Program-made: the position numbers and the translations under genes | Assembly (NCBI GenBank): GCA_964589005.1 | Contig: CAZPQI010000001.1 | Coordinates: forward strand, 2,144 to 66,143 | Length of the DNA stretch: 64,000 bases | Direction: 5' to 3' | From: an uncultured Candidatus Saccharibacteria bacterium | GTDB taxonomy: Bacteria; Patescibacteriota; Minisyncoccia; Phycocordibacterales; UBA2100 | The notes under the pieces: generated by a model | What the model was told of the DNA's origin: nothing | The model's database searches: none | The model's input: only the letters and a program-made list of their open reading frames with translations | Shown: positions 1 to 8,169 of the stretch, piece after piece | How positions within the stretch are numbered: the first letter of the stretch is position 1 | Layout: each line of letters begins with the position of its first letter

Positions 1-234
1 ATTGGCAAGCTTCACAAAATTCTCCACTGTCTTTGGTGCATCAGTTGGGTTGAGTTCAATAGTAATATCACCCATAGATGTGCTCATTATTGCGGTTGTG
101 CCAGTACTTTGCTCACTTGGAGTATTACTTTCTGGACTTGGTGTAGTATCTGCGTTATTTTTTGGTGTCATAAAATAAAAGATTGCTCCTAGAGCTAAAA
201 TAATAATCCCCCCGATAATGTATTTGTTCTTCAT
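1..234 (-). CDS. peptidyl-prolyl cis-trans isomerase, cyclophilin-type (partial; C-terminus runs off window start)
   Basis: Reverse strand from ATG at 234 translates MKNKYIIGG...STSMGDITIELNPTDAPKTVENFVKLAN: TM/signal anchor then classic cyclophilin N-terminal motif (G.I.IEL....AP.TV.NF). Confidence 0.6.
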   Translation of the reverse strand, partial: MKNKYIIGGIIILALGAIFYFMTPKNNADTTPSPESNTPSEQSTGTTAIMSTSMGDITIELNPTDAPKTVENFVKLAN

Positions 235-334
235 ATTTAATTTCGATTATAAAAATAATAATAACATAAGAAAACGTCACCTCAACTTTACAGCGAGGTG
301 ACGTACTATGAAGAACAACTGAATATTGGGTACA

Positions 335-688
335 CTAGAGCGCAATTTCTTTTCCGGTTCGCCAAGAGTACAGTTTCTTGCGAGTAATCGGATCCCAAAA
401 CTCAAGGTAGTGAATAGTGCGTCCATCCGATCGAAGGAAAGAATCTGTTTTTTTATGGAACAATAACTTTCCACGACCCTTAGAGCAATTATATCCATCT
501 TTATCCAGCTCCTCAAACATGGCATTCACAGAAAATTTGAGTTGTGGGCGCATTAAATACTCATGCAAACGCACAACGGCAATCTTCGAGGTGCAGATGT
601 ATCCATTAACGAGAGCAACTTTGCCATTCTCTGCATATACACTCGTTGATAAAAGTAGTACAACTAAAATCGAAATTGGAATTCGCAT
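335..688 (-). CDS. small secreted protein, paralog A (unknown function)
   Basis: 117 aa ORF with N-terminal signal peptide; shares FLRSDGR..YLEFW.P and conserved Cys/RLH.Y motifs with adjacent ORF 714-1073. Confidence 0.5.
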   Translation of the reverse strand: MRIPISILVVLLLSTSVYAENGKVALVNGYICTSKIAVVRLHEYLMRPQLKFSVNAMFEELDKDGYNCSKGRGKLLFHKKTDSFLRSDGRTIHYLEFWDPITRKKLYSWRTGKEIAL

Positions 689-713
689 TTTTATTCCTCC
701 TTTGAACTTTGAA

Positions 714-1073
714 TCACATGACCAAACCTTTTTCTACTTTCCAAGAGAAATAGGTTAATCCAGTAAGCGGGCTCCAGAATTCCAGATACCGCACCACACG
801 GCCATCGGAGCGTAGAAAGAAGTCTGTATTTACATGATAGTAGAAAATTCCTGTCCTCAGCGAACAATCAAACCCCTCATTCCGTAACCGAACCATAAGG
901 CTATCTGTGGAAATATTCGAAAGCGATTTTGAAAAGTATTGATGAAGACGTTGAATCCCAATCTTCGATGCGCACATGTAACCACTCCGCATAGCCCTAT
1001 TGGAAAAATTATCCTTCGCATGTGTATCCAGAATCCATGTCATTAAAAGAAATAGCACGAGAATAATGCGCAT
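714..1073 (-). CDS. small secreted protein, paralog B (unknown function)
   Basis: Start taken at internal Met (MRIILVLFLL signal peptide); tandem paralog of 335-688 (FFLRSDGRVVRYLEFWSP). Confidence 0.5.
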   Translation of the reverse strand: MRIILVLFLLMTWILDTHAKDNFSNRAMRSGYMCASKIGIQRLHQYFSKSLSNISTDSLMVRLRNEGFDCSLRTGIFYYHVNTDFFLRSDGRVVRYLEFWSPLTGLTYFSWKVEKGLVM

Positions 1074-1216
1074 AGTAAAATCCTTTCCTGAATGATTGTA
1101 ACAATAACTCAATATGCACTACCCGCACACTATACTGCACAGCGATAATTGTCTACTCATAAAGGTATTTTTTGAATTTGTTCGAAACTATCGATAATTT
1201 ATAACTTTCTATACGA

Positions 1217-1259
1217 CATACAACTCGTCAACCTCGCACGTTGACGAGTTGAGGTTGAC
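1217..1259 (-). terminator. hairpin (12-bp stem caactcgtcaac/gttgacgagttg) plus extra direct copy of right arm, immediately 3' of the YgjP-like gene
   Basis: Perfect inverted repeat with 7-nt loop seen directly in sequence; AT-rich after it on minus strand. Terminator role inferred. Confidence 0.35.
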
Positions 1260-1265
1260 GAGTTG

Positions 1266-1826
1266 TTAAAGTATCTTTCGTAACTGCTTACGTATGTCTT
1301 TGTGGTTAGGTACTTCTTGCGCTACGAGTTCCCAAAATTTTGGTGAATGATTCATTTCTTTTAGATGACACAGTTCGTGCACAATAATATAATTTCCTAA
1401 CTCTTCTGCCAAAAATAATATTTTATAATTGAAATTCAAATTTCCCTTTTCTGTGCAACTTCCCCAGCATGTTTTTTGATTTCGGATGGATACTTTGTTG
1501 TATGAGAATCCATATATTTTACTAAACGTATCCAATTGTTTGTAAATGAGTATACGCGCCTCTTCTTTATGTTTTATGTAGTCACTCCTTTTGAGTTGCG
1601 CAAGTGAGACATTCTCAAATCCACTATAGTAGTGCAATTTCTTTTGAACCCATTTTGATTTTTCTAAAACAAATGAAAGAACGTTTTTTGTGTTTGCAGA
1701 ATACGGCACAGTTACAACTACACGCCCATCGCAATACACTGAAAGTCCGAGATGTTTAGCTCGTCTGTTTTTCCGAATTACATACCAAAAATTTCCTCTT
1801 TGGGACGAGAATAATATTTTACTCAT
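1266..1826 (-). CDS. YgjP-like metal-dependent hydrolase (DUF45 / WLM-SprT-like zinc peptidase family)
   Basis: HELCHLKEMNHSPKFWELV = HExxH...NHS..FW signature of DUF45/YgjP; start chosen at internal ATG (MSKILFSSQRGNFWYV) typical of family; upstream in-frame extension probably not translated. Confidence 0.75.
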   Translation of the reverse strand: MSKILFSSQRGNFWYVIRKNRRAKHLGLSVYCDGRVVVTVPYSANTKNVLSFVLEKSKWVQKKLHYYSGFENVSLAQLKRSDYIKHKEEARILIYKQLDTFSKIYGFSYNKVSIRNQKTCWGSCTEKGNLNFNYKILFLAEELGNYIIVHELCHLKEMNHSPKFWELVAQEVPNHKDIRKQLRKIL

Positions 1827-1845
1827 TTTGCAATACCAGAGCGTC

Positions 1846-2058
1846 TTACTGGTGTCGTTCCATGTTTTGATGTACCAGTGTTGCCATTCCAAATGCGGTT
1901 GCGGCAAGCAAAAGTACCATCGCATCGCTATACAAGTGAGCTTGCGAGAGACCAAGGAACGAACCCGACTGCCCAGCCATCCAGGCAGCTGGAATCGCTA
2001 GTAAACCCAAACCTCCTGTTGTTGCAGCGATTCCATGTGCTATTTTAGATATTTTCAT
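1846..2058 (-). CDS. small hydrophobic membrane protein (hypothetical)
   Basis: 70 aa ORF, two predicted TM helices (Gly/Ala-rich); no recognisable family. Confidence 0.3.
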   Translation of the reverse strand: MKISKIAHGIAATTGGLGLLAIPAAWMAGQSGSFLGLSQAHLYSDAMVLLLAATAFGMATLVHQNMERHQ

Positions 2059-2151
2059 ATAGTTTATTCTAATTTCTGATAAACGCTATCTCAGTCTACC
2101 GCAACAGAATCTTTTGTCTTGTCTCTTATACCCACAACTCTCAACAGTGAC

Positions 2152-2679
2152 TTATTCAATAAAATCTCGTATTACTTGCTCGTCGAATTGATCAAGAACT
2201 TTTTTTCTTCCAATTTTAGTCAGTATTATTTTACCGTCGTATTTGTTTGGTGCTAAATATACATTAGCCGGATATTCTTCTACAAGCGTGGTGAGTTTCT
2301 GCACCAAATCTGATTCACACTCATAATCGTCACAGTTGTATTGAATAATAATACTCGAAGGTCCACCGCCATCTGCGTGTTCGAGCATGTGACGTTGGAT
2401 AGCATCCGGTATTCTTGTTGTCATGATATGCGCCGCTGGAGATTCCTCAATGTGATTTTCTGCCGAAGTTGGAGGAGAATTAGGGATTAGAGAAAGAAGC
2501 CATCCAATACCTGCAATAACGATAACAATGATAAGGATATTGATTAAGTATTTACCGATCTTTTTTGGCACCTCCTTAGCTTTCCCTAAATTATGCTCGG
2601 TACGTTTACCCTGTTCTTTTTCCCCTTTTTTTAAATCGTACTGTTCCTTTGGAGTTAAATTGTTGTTAGATGATTCCAT
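2152..2679 (-). CDS. membrane-anchored hypothetical protein
   Basis: 175 aa; Lys-rich N-terminus, one TM helix (LINILIIVIVIAGIGWLL), C-terminal domain with CDDYECESD motif. Confidence 0.45.
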   Translation of the reverse strand: MESSNNNLTPKEQYDLKKGEKEQGKRTEHNLGKAKEVPKKIGKYLINILIIVIVIAGIGWLLSLIPNSPPTSAENHIEESPAAHIMTTRIPDAIQRHMLEHADGGGPSSIIIQYNCDDYECESDLVQKLTTLVEEYPANVYLAPNKYDGKIILTKIGRKKVLDQFDEQVIRDFIE

Positions 2680-2707
2680 ACTATTTCATTTTAAATTAAT
2701 AATTTAC

Positions 2708-3103
2708 TCAAATTATTCGGACGATCAATTCTTCTCCGTGATCATCTGTTTTATCGGTCGGATTTACCCCTCCGCATACTGCAGCGTCTGTTGCTATGAC
2801 TCGGTCTGCAATAAATTCCATACGAGCCTTCCCTCCTGCAGGAACGTGTCCACCAGGTAGTGTAGCGTTGAATTGTGGTATTTCTACCGCATGACTTACT
2901 GCATCTCGATTCTCAAAATTTATCACAACTTTATCACCGACAGAAGCAACAATTTCTGAGGGGTTATAGCGGTTATTCTCCATTACGATACTGAATTTCT
3001 TAGTGCTTTGAAAACCACCACCAAGTGTAAAGAGAAAAGCTGCGGCTATTAATCCTACTGTAAGAATCGACGCTGCAATTGTTAGTTGTGTACTGTTATT
3101 CAT
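2708..3103 (-). CDS. cupredoxin-like (plastocyanin/azurin-fold) copper-binding protein, membrane-anchored
   Basis: N-terminal TM; domain EIVASVGDKVVINFENRD..H....H..AGGKARMEF resembles cupredoxin fold proteins found in copper-resistance loci; His/Cys ligand candidates present. Confidence 0.45.
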   Translation of the reverse strand: MNNSTQLTIAASILTVGLIAAAFLFTLGGGFQSTKKFSIVMENNRYNPSEIVASVGDKVVINFENRDAVSHAVEIPQFNATLPGGHVPAGGKARMEFIADRVIATDAAVCGGVNPTDKTDDHGEELIVRII

Positions 3104-3124
3104 ATATTTATTAGAGCTAAAATT

Positions 3125-3661
3125 TTACATCGAGCAAACGGTAGGTGTTTTAATTTTCTTAATTATTGAGTACATCGAATATCCAAGTAACAGGACGCCC
3201 AGTATACCAAATTCTTCCCCTCCTAGGGGAAGAAAAGCGATAAGACCCACTCCCCCAACTAACCCCAATAATGCGCTAAGAATAAAAGTCCCGCACGCAG
3301 CACAACCAACTCCAAAGAAGCCGCTAATTAGACCTCCTATTCCTACTGCAGAACTTGAGCCAGACATACGTCCTTGATTAATTTTAACGTAGTGAATAAA
3401 CAATACGATATTTACACCAAACAAAATTGCGATGACGATAGTGTAGGAAGCGGATACAAACGTAAAGTTTGTCTGTATCGAACCGTATAAACTCCACAAC
3501 AATGATACTTTTTCGGCAGCCGTCGCTAATTCCGACGGTATAATTGTAGTAACTAACCTCCAGTTAGGAAGCCAAACCGAAAGAGTAAATACCGCAGCAG
3601 TCGCCGATAGCGCAATAATCACATTTGTTGGCTTTCGAAAAACTGTTGCAATAACCCCCAT
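3125..3661 (-). CDS. polytopic membrane protein with CxxC motif (VKOR/DsbB-like thiol oxidoreductase candidate)
   Basis: 178 aa, 4-5 TM helices, VGCAACGTF motif; sits between DsbA-like and cupredoxin genes in same orientation. Confidence 0.4.
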   Translation of the reverse strand: MGVIATVFRKPTNVIIALSATAAVFTLSVWLPNWRLVTTIIPSELATAAEKVSLLWSLYGSIQTNFTFVSASYTIVIAILFGVNIVLFIHYVKINQGRMSGSSSAVGIGGLISGFFGVGCAACGTFILSALLGLVGGVGLIAFLPLGGEEFGILGVLLLGYSMYSIIKKIKTPTVCSM

Positions 3662-3673
3662 AGTTAATATAGG

Positions 3674-4396
3674 TTACTGATTATTTAGCATTATTTCTAT
3701 GAGCTGCCTAACTGCACTCGCTGGCTGAGCACCTGAGAGCGGCAGTGTATCTCCACCTGATCCCACAACAACACTCCAAGGAGTACCTTGGCCACCTGAG
3801 GCGATTGCGTTATCTATGTCATCCTGAACATGTTGGTCATACTTTCCACTAGCGACACATGTGTCTATTGCTGATTGCGATAGACCCAAGTCACTGATTA
3901 TTTTCGGTAATACTGTTTCCAAATCAGTTTGGTTGTTCGACGGTGTTACAGCAAAGAATGCATCCGTAAATTCCCAGAATTTATCATTTCCTCCAATTTC
4001 TGCTACACATTCTGCAGTTATGGCCTCTTGACGAGCCTTTACGGGGTGAAGTGAATCAAGTGGAAATTGGCGATACACCCACGCAACTTCTCCTGAATCG
4101 CCATACTCATCCATTATTTCCTTCATAGTCACGTGGAACCGCTTACAGAACGGACATTCAAAATCTGAATATTCAACTATGGTTACTTTTGCATCTAGGT
4201 TTCCACGAATGTGGTCAGCAGCGGTTACAGGAGCAGTTTGGCTAGTGGTGTCTACTGGTGCTTGAGCTTGAGGTTGTCCACCAGCTACAGGAGCTCGACT
4301 GCCTCCAAGTGAAAAGAACAAAGCGCCTGCGACAAGCACTCCTGCGATAACGATTGATATTGGAATAGCGTAATTTCCCCGAGTATTCTGTTGCAT
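3674..4396 (-). CDS. DsbA-family thiol:disulfide oxidoreductase (thioredoxin fold, CPFC active site)
   Basis: YSDFECPFCKRFH is the canonical DsbA CxxC context; N-terminal TM anchor and Ala/Pro/Gln-rich linker. Confidence 0.7.
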   Translation of the reverse strand: MQQNTRGNYAIPISIVIAGVLVAGALFFSLGGSRAPVAGGQPQAQAPVDTTSQTAPVTAADHIRGNLDAKVTIVEYSDFECPFCKRFHVTMKEIMDEYGDSGEVAWVYRQFPLDSLHPVKARQEAITAECVAEIGGNDKFWEFTDAFFAVTPSNNQTDLETVLPKIISDLGLSQSAIDTCVASGKYDQHVQDDIDNAIASGGQGTPWSVVVGSGGDTLPLSGAQPASAVRQLIEIMLNNQ

Positions 4397-4542
4397 ATAT
4401 ATTTAGTTACGGTTATTAGTATAGATTTATAGAGGTAAATTATATATCGATTCTCCTCAGAAGCAACATCTCAAAATAGTAAACTTAAAGTTTGCTAAAC
4501 CCTAAGCGTACATCTGATTAGCAAATATATGTATGTATCTGA

Positions 4543-4800
4543 CTAAAGAGAGCGTAGTTTTTCTATCAATTCTTCTTTATTCACACCGCCTGTTGAGAAT
4601 AATTCTTCGTTAATAACTATTCCGGGTGATGCCATAACGCTATACTTCCCTGCCATCTCTTGTCCTTCTGGAGTCGACATATCGATTTCTTCCACTTCTA
4701 CTTTGTCGCTAAACTCTGGCATAATTTCCTCAAAGATTTTTTTGGCTGCTTCACAGTTGTGACAACCAGGTATTGTTAGGAATAGAATTTTATTTTGCAT
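4543..4800 (-). CDS. small thioredoxin/glutaredoxin-like protein (CHNC active site)
   Basis: 85 aa, LTIPGCHNCEAAK motif = CxxC at N-terminus of thioredoxin fold. Confidence 0.6.
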   Translation of the reverse strand: MQNKILFLTIPGCHNCEAAKKIFEEIMPEFSDKVEVEEIDMSTPEGQEMAGKYSVMASPGIVINEELFSTGGVNKEELIEKLRSL

Positions 4801-4839
4801 AGTATTTTTTTTATTTTTTAATAGGGTAATTAATAGCTT

Positions 4840-5901
4840 TTAATTTTTGATTTTTTGCTTAAATTTGTACCACCATAGCGGTATGATAATCATCAGCAGA
4901 AGTGTAATCCACGACCACGGAGCAGGAATTAAATCACTCGCACCCTCATGATCATCTGCAGGAGGGGTTGGTTCATCGATGTGTTCCAAGGGTGTCCCTG
5001 GTGCTTCTTCGTGTTCTTGTATTTCAGTAACTCTACTATCTTCTCCACCAGTAACAATTTGTACGACTTGATTCCACCCCTTGTGTACAACTGTTTCTTC
5101 GTACCATTGGTGTGAAGCACCACTAATGAAGATAAACGCGCCGAGGAATATAAGACTGATACCTGTCCATTTTGTTACTACAGCTGTTTTTTTAGCGATA
5201 CCACTTACTGCGTTAACTCCCAATATTCCTAACACCGCCAAGAAAATAAGTGGCGTCGCGCGCCCAACACCGTGGATGAATCCTAGCAACAAACCACTTG
5301 AAGCACTTCCAAGTACTGTAATATTTCCTAGTAACACATAAAAGAGAGGGTTTGGACAACCAACACCTGCGTTACCGAGGAATAGCCCCAAAAGGAACGC
5401 TTTGATGTAATCACCTTGATTTTGAATGAATTTTGGATACGCACCTTGATAGCTTGGAATCTTGAATTTAATAATTCGCAGCTCAGAAAGACCAAAAATA
5501 AAGGCCGATAGTCCACCGATCATAAACAATATGCTACTGACCATACCAGCGTTTCCCACGGCCTGATCAAGTCCAATTGATTTTCCAATTATCGCAACAA
5601 AAAGACCATATAAAGCAAGTGTAATTGAAATTCCTAACCCAAAGAATAGCGCCATAAGCAGACCTTTTTTTGCACCTTTACCCATTGCCATCGGAACTAT
5701 CACAAATGCAAGCGGTAGCGTACATGGCAATACAATCATAGTGAGGCCTACCACATAGGCAAATGCTACGTTAACCGTTTCTCCTGGCGTCATAAATAAA
5801 TAGAAGGCGCCGATGAGTGACGCGGAAAACAGCAAAAAAGCAAAGATGACAAGCCACCGTTTAGCCCCTTCGCTCATCACAACATCACTTTCGTTTTCCA
5901 T
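4840..5901 (-). CDS. CcdA/DsbD-type transmembrane thiol-disulfide electron transporter
   Basis: 353 aa polytopic membrane protein with the two conserved TM cysteines (VLPCTLPLA..., GNAGVGCPNPLF) characteristic of DsbD transmembrane domain; acidic/Pro-rich C-terminal tail. Confidence 0.6.
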   Translation of the reverse strand: MENESDVVMSEGAKRWLVIFAFLLFSASLIGAFYLFMTPGETVNVAFAYVVGLTMIVLPCTLPLAFVIVPMAMGKGAKKGLLMALFFGLGISITLALYGLFVAIIGKSIGLDQAVGNAGMVSSILFMIGGLSAFIFGLSELRIIKFKIPSYQGAYPKFIQNQGDYIKAFLLGLFLGNAGVGCPNPLFYVLLGNITVLGSASSGLLLGFIHGVGRATPLIFLAVLGILGVNAVSGIAKKTAVVTKWTGISLIFLGAFIFISGASHQWYEETVVHKGWNQVVQIVTGGEDSRVTEIQEHEEAPGTPLEHIDEPTPPADDHEGASDLIPAPWSWITLLLMIIIPLWWYKFKQKIKN

Positions 5902-5909
5902 ACGTGTCG

Positions 5910-7145
5910 TTATAAGTTGTTAATACTACCCTTGGGTACCGTTTCTCTATTTTCTGAAATCCATTGGTTCATTCCGTCGCCAAGTTCAAATACGTTTGTG
6001 TATCCCATTTCCACGAGACCTTTTGCTGTTCGTTTGCTCATATTTCCACTGCGACAATACAAAACTACTTTAGAGTTTTTGCTCGGGATAACCGATGCAA
6101 CTTTTTCGATGTCTTCATACGAAATCATATAGTCGGTACCGGGGACATGCTCTTGCTCGGGGATATGCACATCAATTAATGTAAAATCTTTATTAGCAAG
6201 CATGTTTTCAAGTTCTGCTGAGGAAATACTTTTAAATCCCGAGCCACTATGTCCATCTGCTTCTTCCGTATGATTATCAACCTCATCATGTTCCTGAAGT
6301 TTTAATTTATCCATTCCTAAATCATACTCCACATTTGCGTACATTCTAAATTCTGGTGAAGGAACAATGTTAGATACAACTTCGATAGTTTTAAAGAATC
6401 TTCCATCTGGTTCAGGATGTAAATTTGCATCGAAAGCCACCGTAATAGTTGCGCTTTCTCCGACGCCTATTACTTTTTTGTCGATTGACGCTTGCACACA
6501 CGCGCATGACGCAGGAAGTGAGTTAATGGTAACTGTTTCGGTGCCATTATTTACCACAGTAAATTCTGTAGTCACCGTACCCTGACTTTGTCGTACAACA
6601 CCAAAATCATGTTCCTTATTATTGAATATCAAAGAAGGTCCTTCCACTTGCGAAAATTCTTTTACGCCAACCCCTCTGAATTTTAGGCCCACTTCGGAAC
6701 CTGCATCAGTTTTTAAGAACACTTCTCTAATAACTTCTCCAGTAGCGTCGGGTCCGTGTTTTAGTGGGTCATAGATTACTTCAACAGCGACTTCTTCACC
6801 TGGCAGTATTTGCATATTTATTCTTGGATTTGGTATATGCCCTCCCCCCTGCATTCCAAACGGGCCAACCATGTCGCCGTCAGCATTTATTATATTAGCT
6901 ACCGTACATGCACAACTTGTTTCTGCATTTTGTATGGTAATTGGTCCATCGCCAGTATTTTTCAGGGTAAAGTTATGTCGTACGAAACCTCCAGTCATTA
7001 ATATTTCGCCAAAGTCGAAGTCGTTTCCTGAAATAACCTCAAGAACGCCCGTGCCACCTCCTACGTTGTTTGTTTGTTGCGATACGATATACCATCCTCC
7101 TATGGCAATTATCAACACAAGTACTCCTATTATTAATTTATTCAT
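5910..7145 (-). CDS. DUF1573-repeat protein fused to C-terminal rhodanese (sulfurtransferase) domain
   Basis: Two DUF1573-like modules with C-x-C (ETSCACTVANI, PASCACVQASI) followed by rhodanese active-site loop YCRSGNMSKRTA; N-terminal TM. Confidence 0.6.
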   Translation of the reverse strand: MNKLIIGVLVLIIAIGGWYIVSQQTNNVGGGTGVLEVISGNDFDFGEILMTGGFVRHNFTLKNTGDGPITIQNAETSCACTVANIINADGDMVGPFGMQGGGHIPNPRINMQILPGEEVAVEVIYDPLKHGPDATGEVIREVFLKTDAGSEVGLKFRGVGVKEFSQVEGPSLIFNNKEHDFGVVRQSQGTVTTEFTVVNNGTETVTINSLPASCACVQASIDKKVIGVGESATITVAFDANLHPEPDGRFFKTIEVVSNIVPSPEFRMYANVEYDLGMDKLKLQEHDEVDNHTEEADGHSGSGFKSISSAELENMLANKDFTLIDVHIPEQEHVPGTDYMISYEDIEKVASVIPSKNSKVVLYCRSGNMSKRTAKGLVEMGYTNVFELGDGMNQWISENRETVPKGSINNL

Positions 7146-7185
7146 ATTATTTCTTTAATTATTAATTAATTTTGAAAGTCTTTGC

Positions 7186-8169
7186 TTATACACCACACCC
7201 ACCACCTCCTTCTTGTGGTGAAGCTTGGTTGCCGTTTTCTACGTTACTTTCTAGCCATCCTTTCAGTTGGCTCCAGCCACGTACTGAGAAAAATTGTTCA
7301 CTCACAAATGTTCGTGAATTTACATCTTCAAAATCTACACTCTCGGTAACTGCAAAAAATGTAGCAACATCAATAGCTTGGCTTGGGAACCAAAAAGCAC
7401 TAAAATATTTTGCTGCTTCAAATAACTCATCCTCACTCGCGTCGTTTGATGCCATCAATTCCAAAACACCAAGAAGTGCCATACCGTGATTACAGTCTGG
7501 AAAAGCAGTCGAGTTTCCGCAGCATGGTCGATACGTGCTTTCAGCAACTTTTTGCAATCGTGCTTGCTGTTGTGTGGTGAGTGGCGCCAATTGCAATTTT
7601 CCCATATAGGTATCAAGTGGTTTTGTGGCAATTGTCCATCCGCCGGTTGAAGCAAAGCTACCCACTTGTCCATCACCATATTTAGTAATCTCACCTTCAG
7701 TTATGATGGGATTTTTGTTTGCCAAACCAAATGCCCAAAAGAGGTTGAGTAAGAAATAGGAATTGTCTCGGTTTATAACAATAGTTTCATCAAGTCCTTC
7801 TTGTGTAAAAATTTTGCGCTGTTCATTGGTGAGGGGGGTTCCTGCGTTGTCATAAAGTGCAGTAAATTTTTCGAAATCTATAACCCCATTTTGTACAAGT
7901 TGGTATCCGATATTTCCGTATTTCACATTACTCATAAATCCACTTACAGGATTTACTTGGTCGTAAAGATTTTGGATATTCGCACCGAATTCCGCATCCA
8001 CTTGTACTTGAGTGTTCGTTTCCGAACGCTGAAATTTTATTTTATACTGTTGAGGTAATAGAAACATAATCCCAACAAACACAAGTATAAAGCCGCCCCC
8101 AACCAAAAGGTTTCTTTGTGTGATTGTTTTTGTCTTACTAATCATATTTTTCAAAAATTTTACACTCAC
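7186..8169 (-). CDS. membrane-anchored hypothetical protein with Cys-rich C-terminus
   Basis: 327 aa; N-terminal TM; C-terminal CCGNSTAFPDCNHG and terminal GGGGCGV; immediately downstream of Cu ATPase on same strand. Confidence 0.45.
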   Translation of the reverse strand: MSVKFLKNMISKTKTITQRNLLVGGGFILVFVGIMFLLPQQYKIKFQRSETNTQVQVDAEFGANIQNLYDQVNPVSGFMSNVKYGNIGYQLVQNGVIDFEKFTALYDNAGTPLTNEQRKIFTQEGLDETIVINRDNSYFLLNLFWAFGLANKNPIITEGEITKYGDGQVGSFASTGGWTIATKPLDTYMGKLQLAPLTTQQQARLQKVAESTYRPCCGNSTAFPDCNHGMALLGVLELMASNDASEDELFEAAKYFSAFWFPSQAIDVATFFAVTESVDFEDVNSRTFVSEQFFSVRGWSQLKGWLESNVENGNQASPQEGGGGCGV

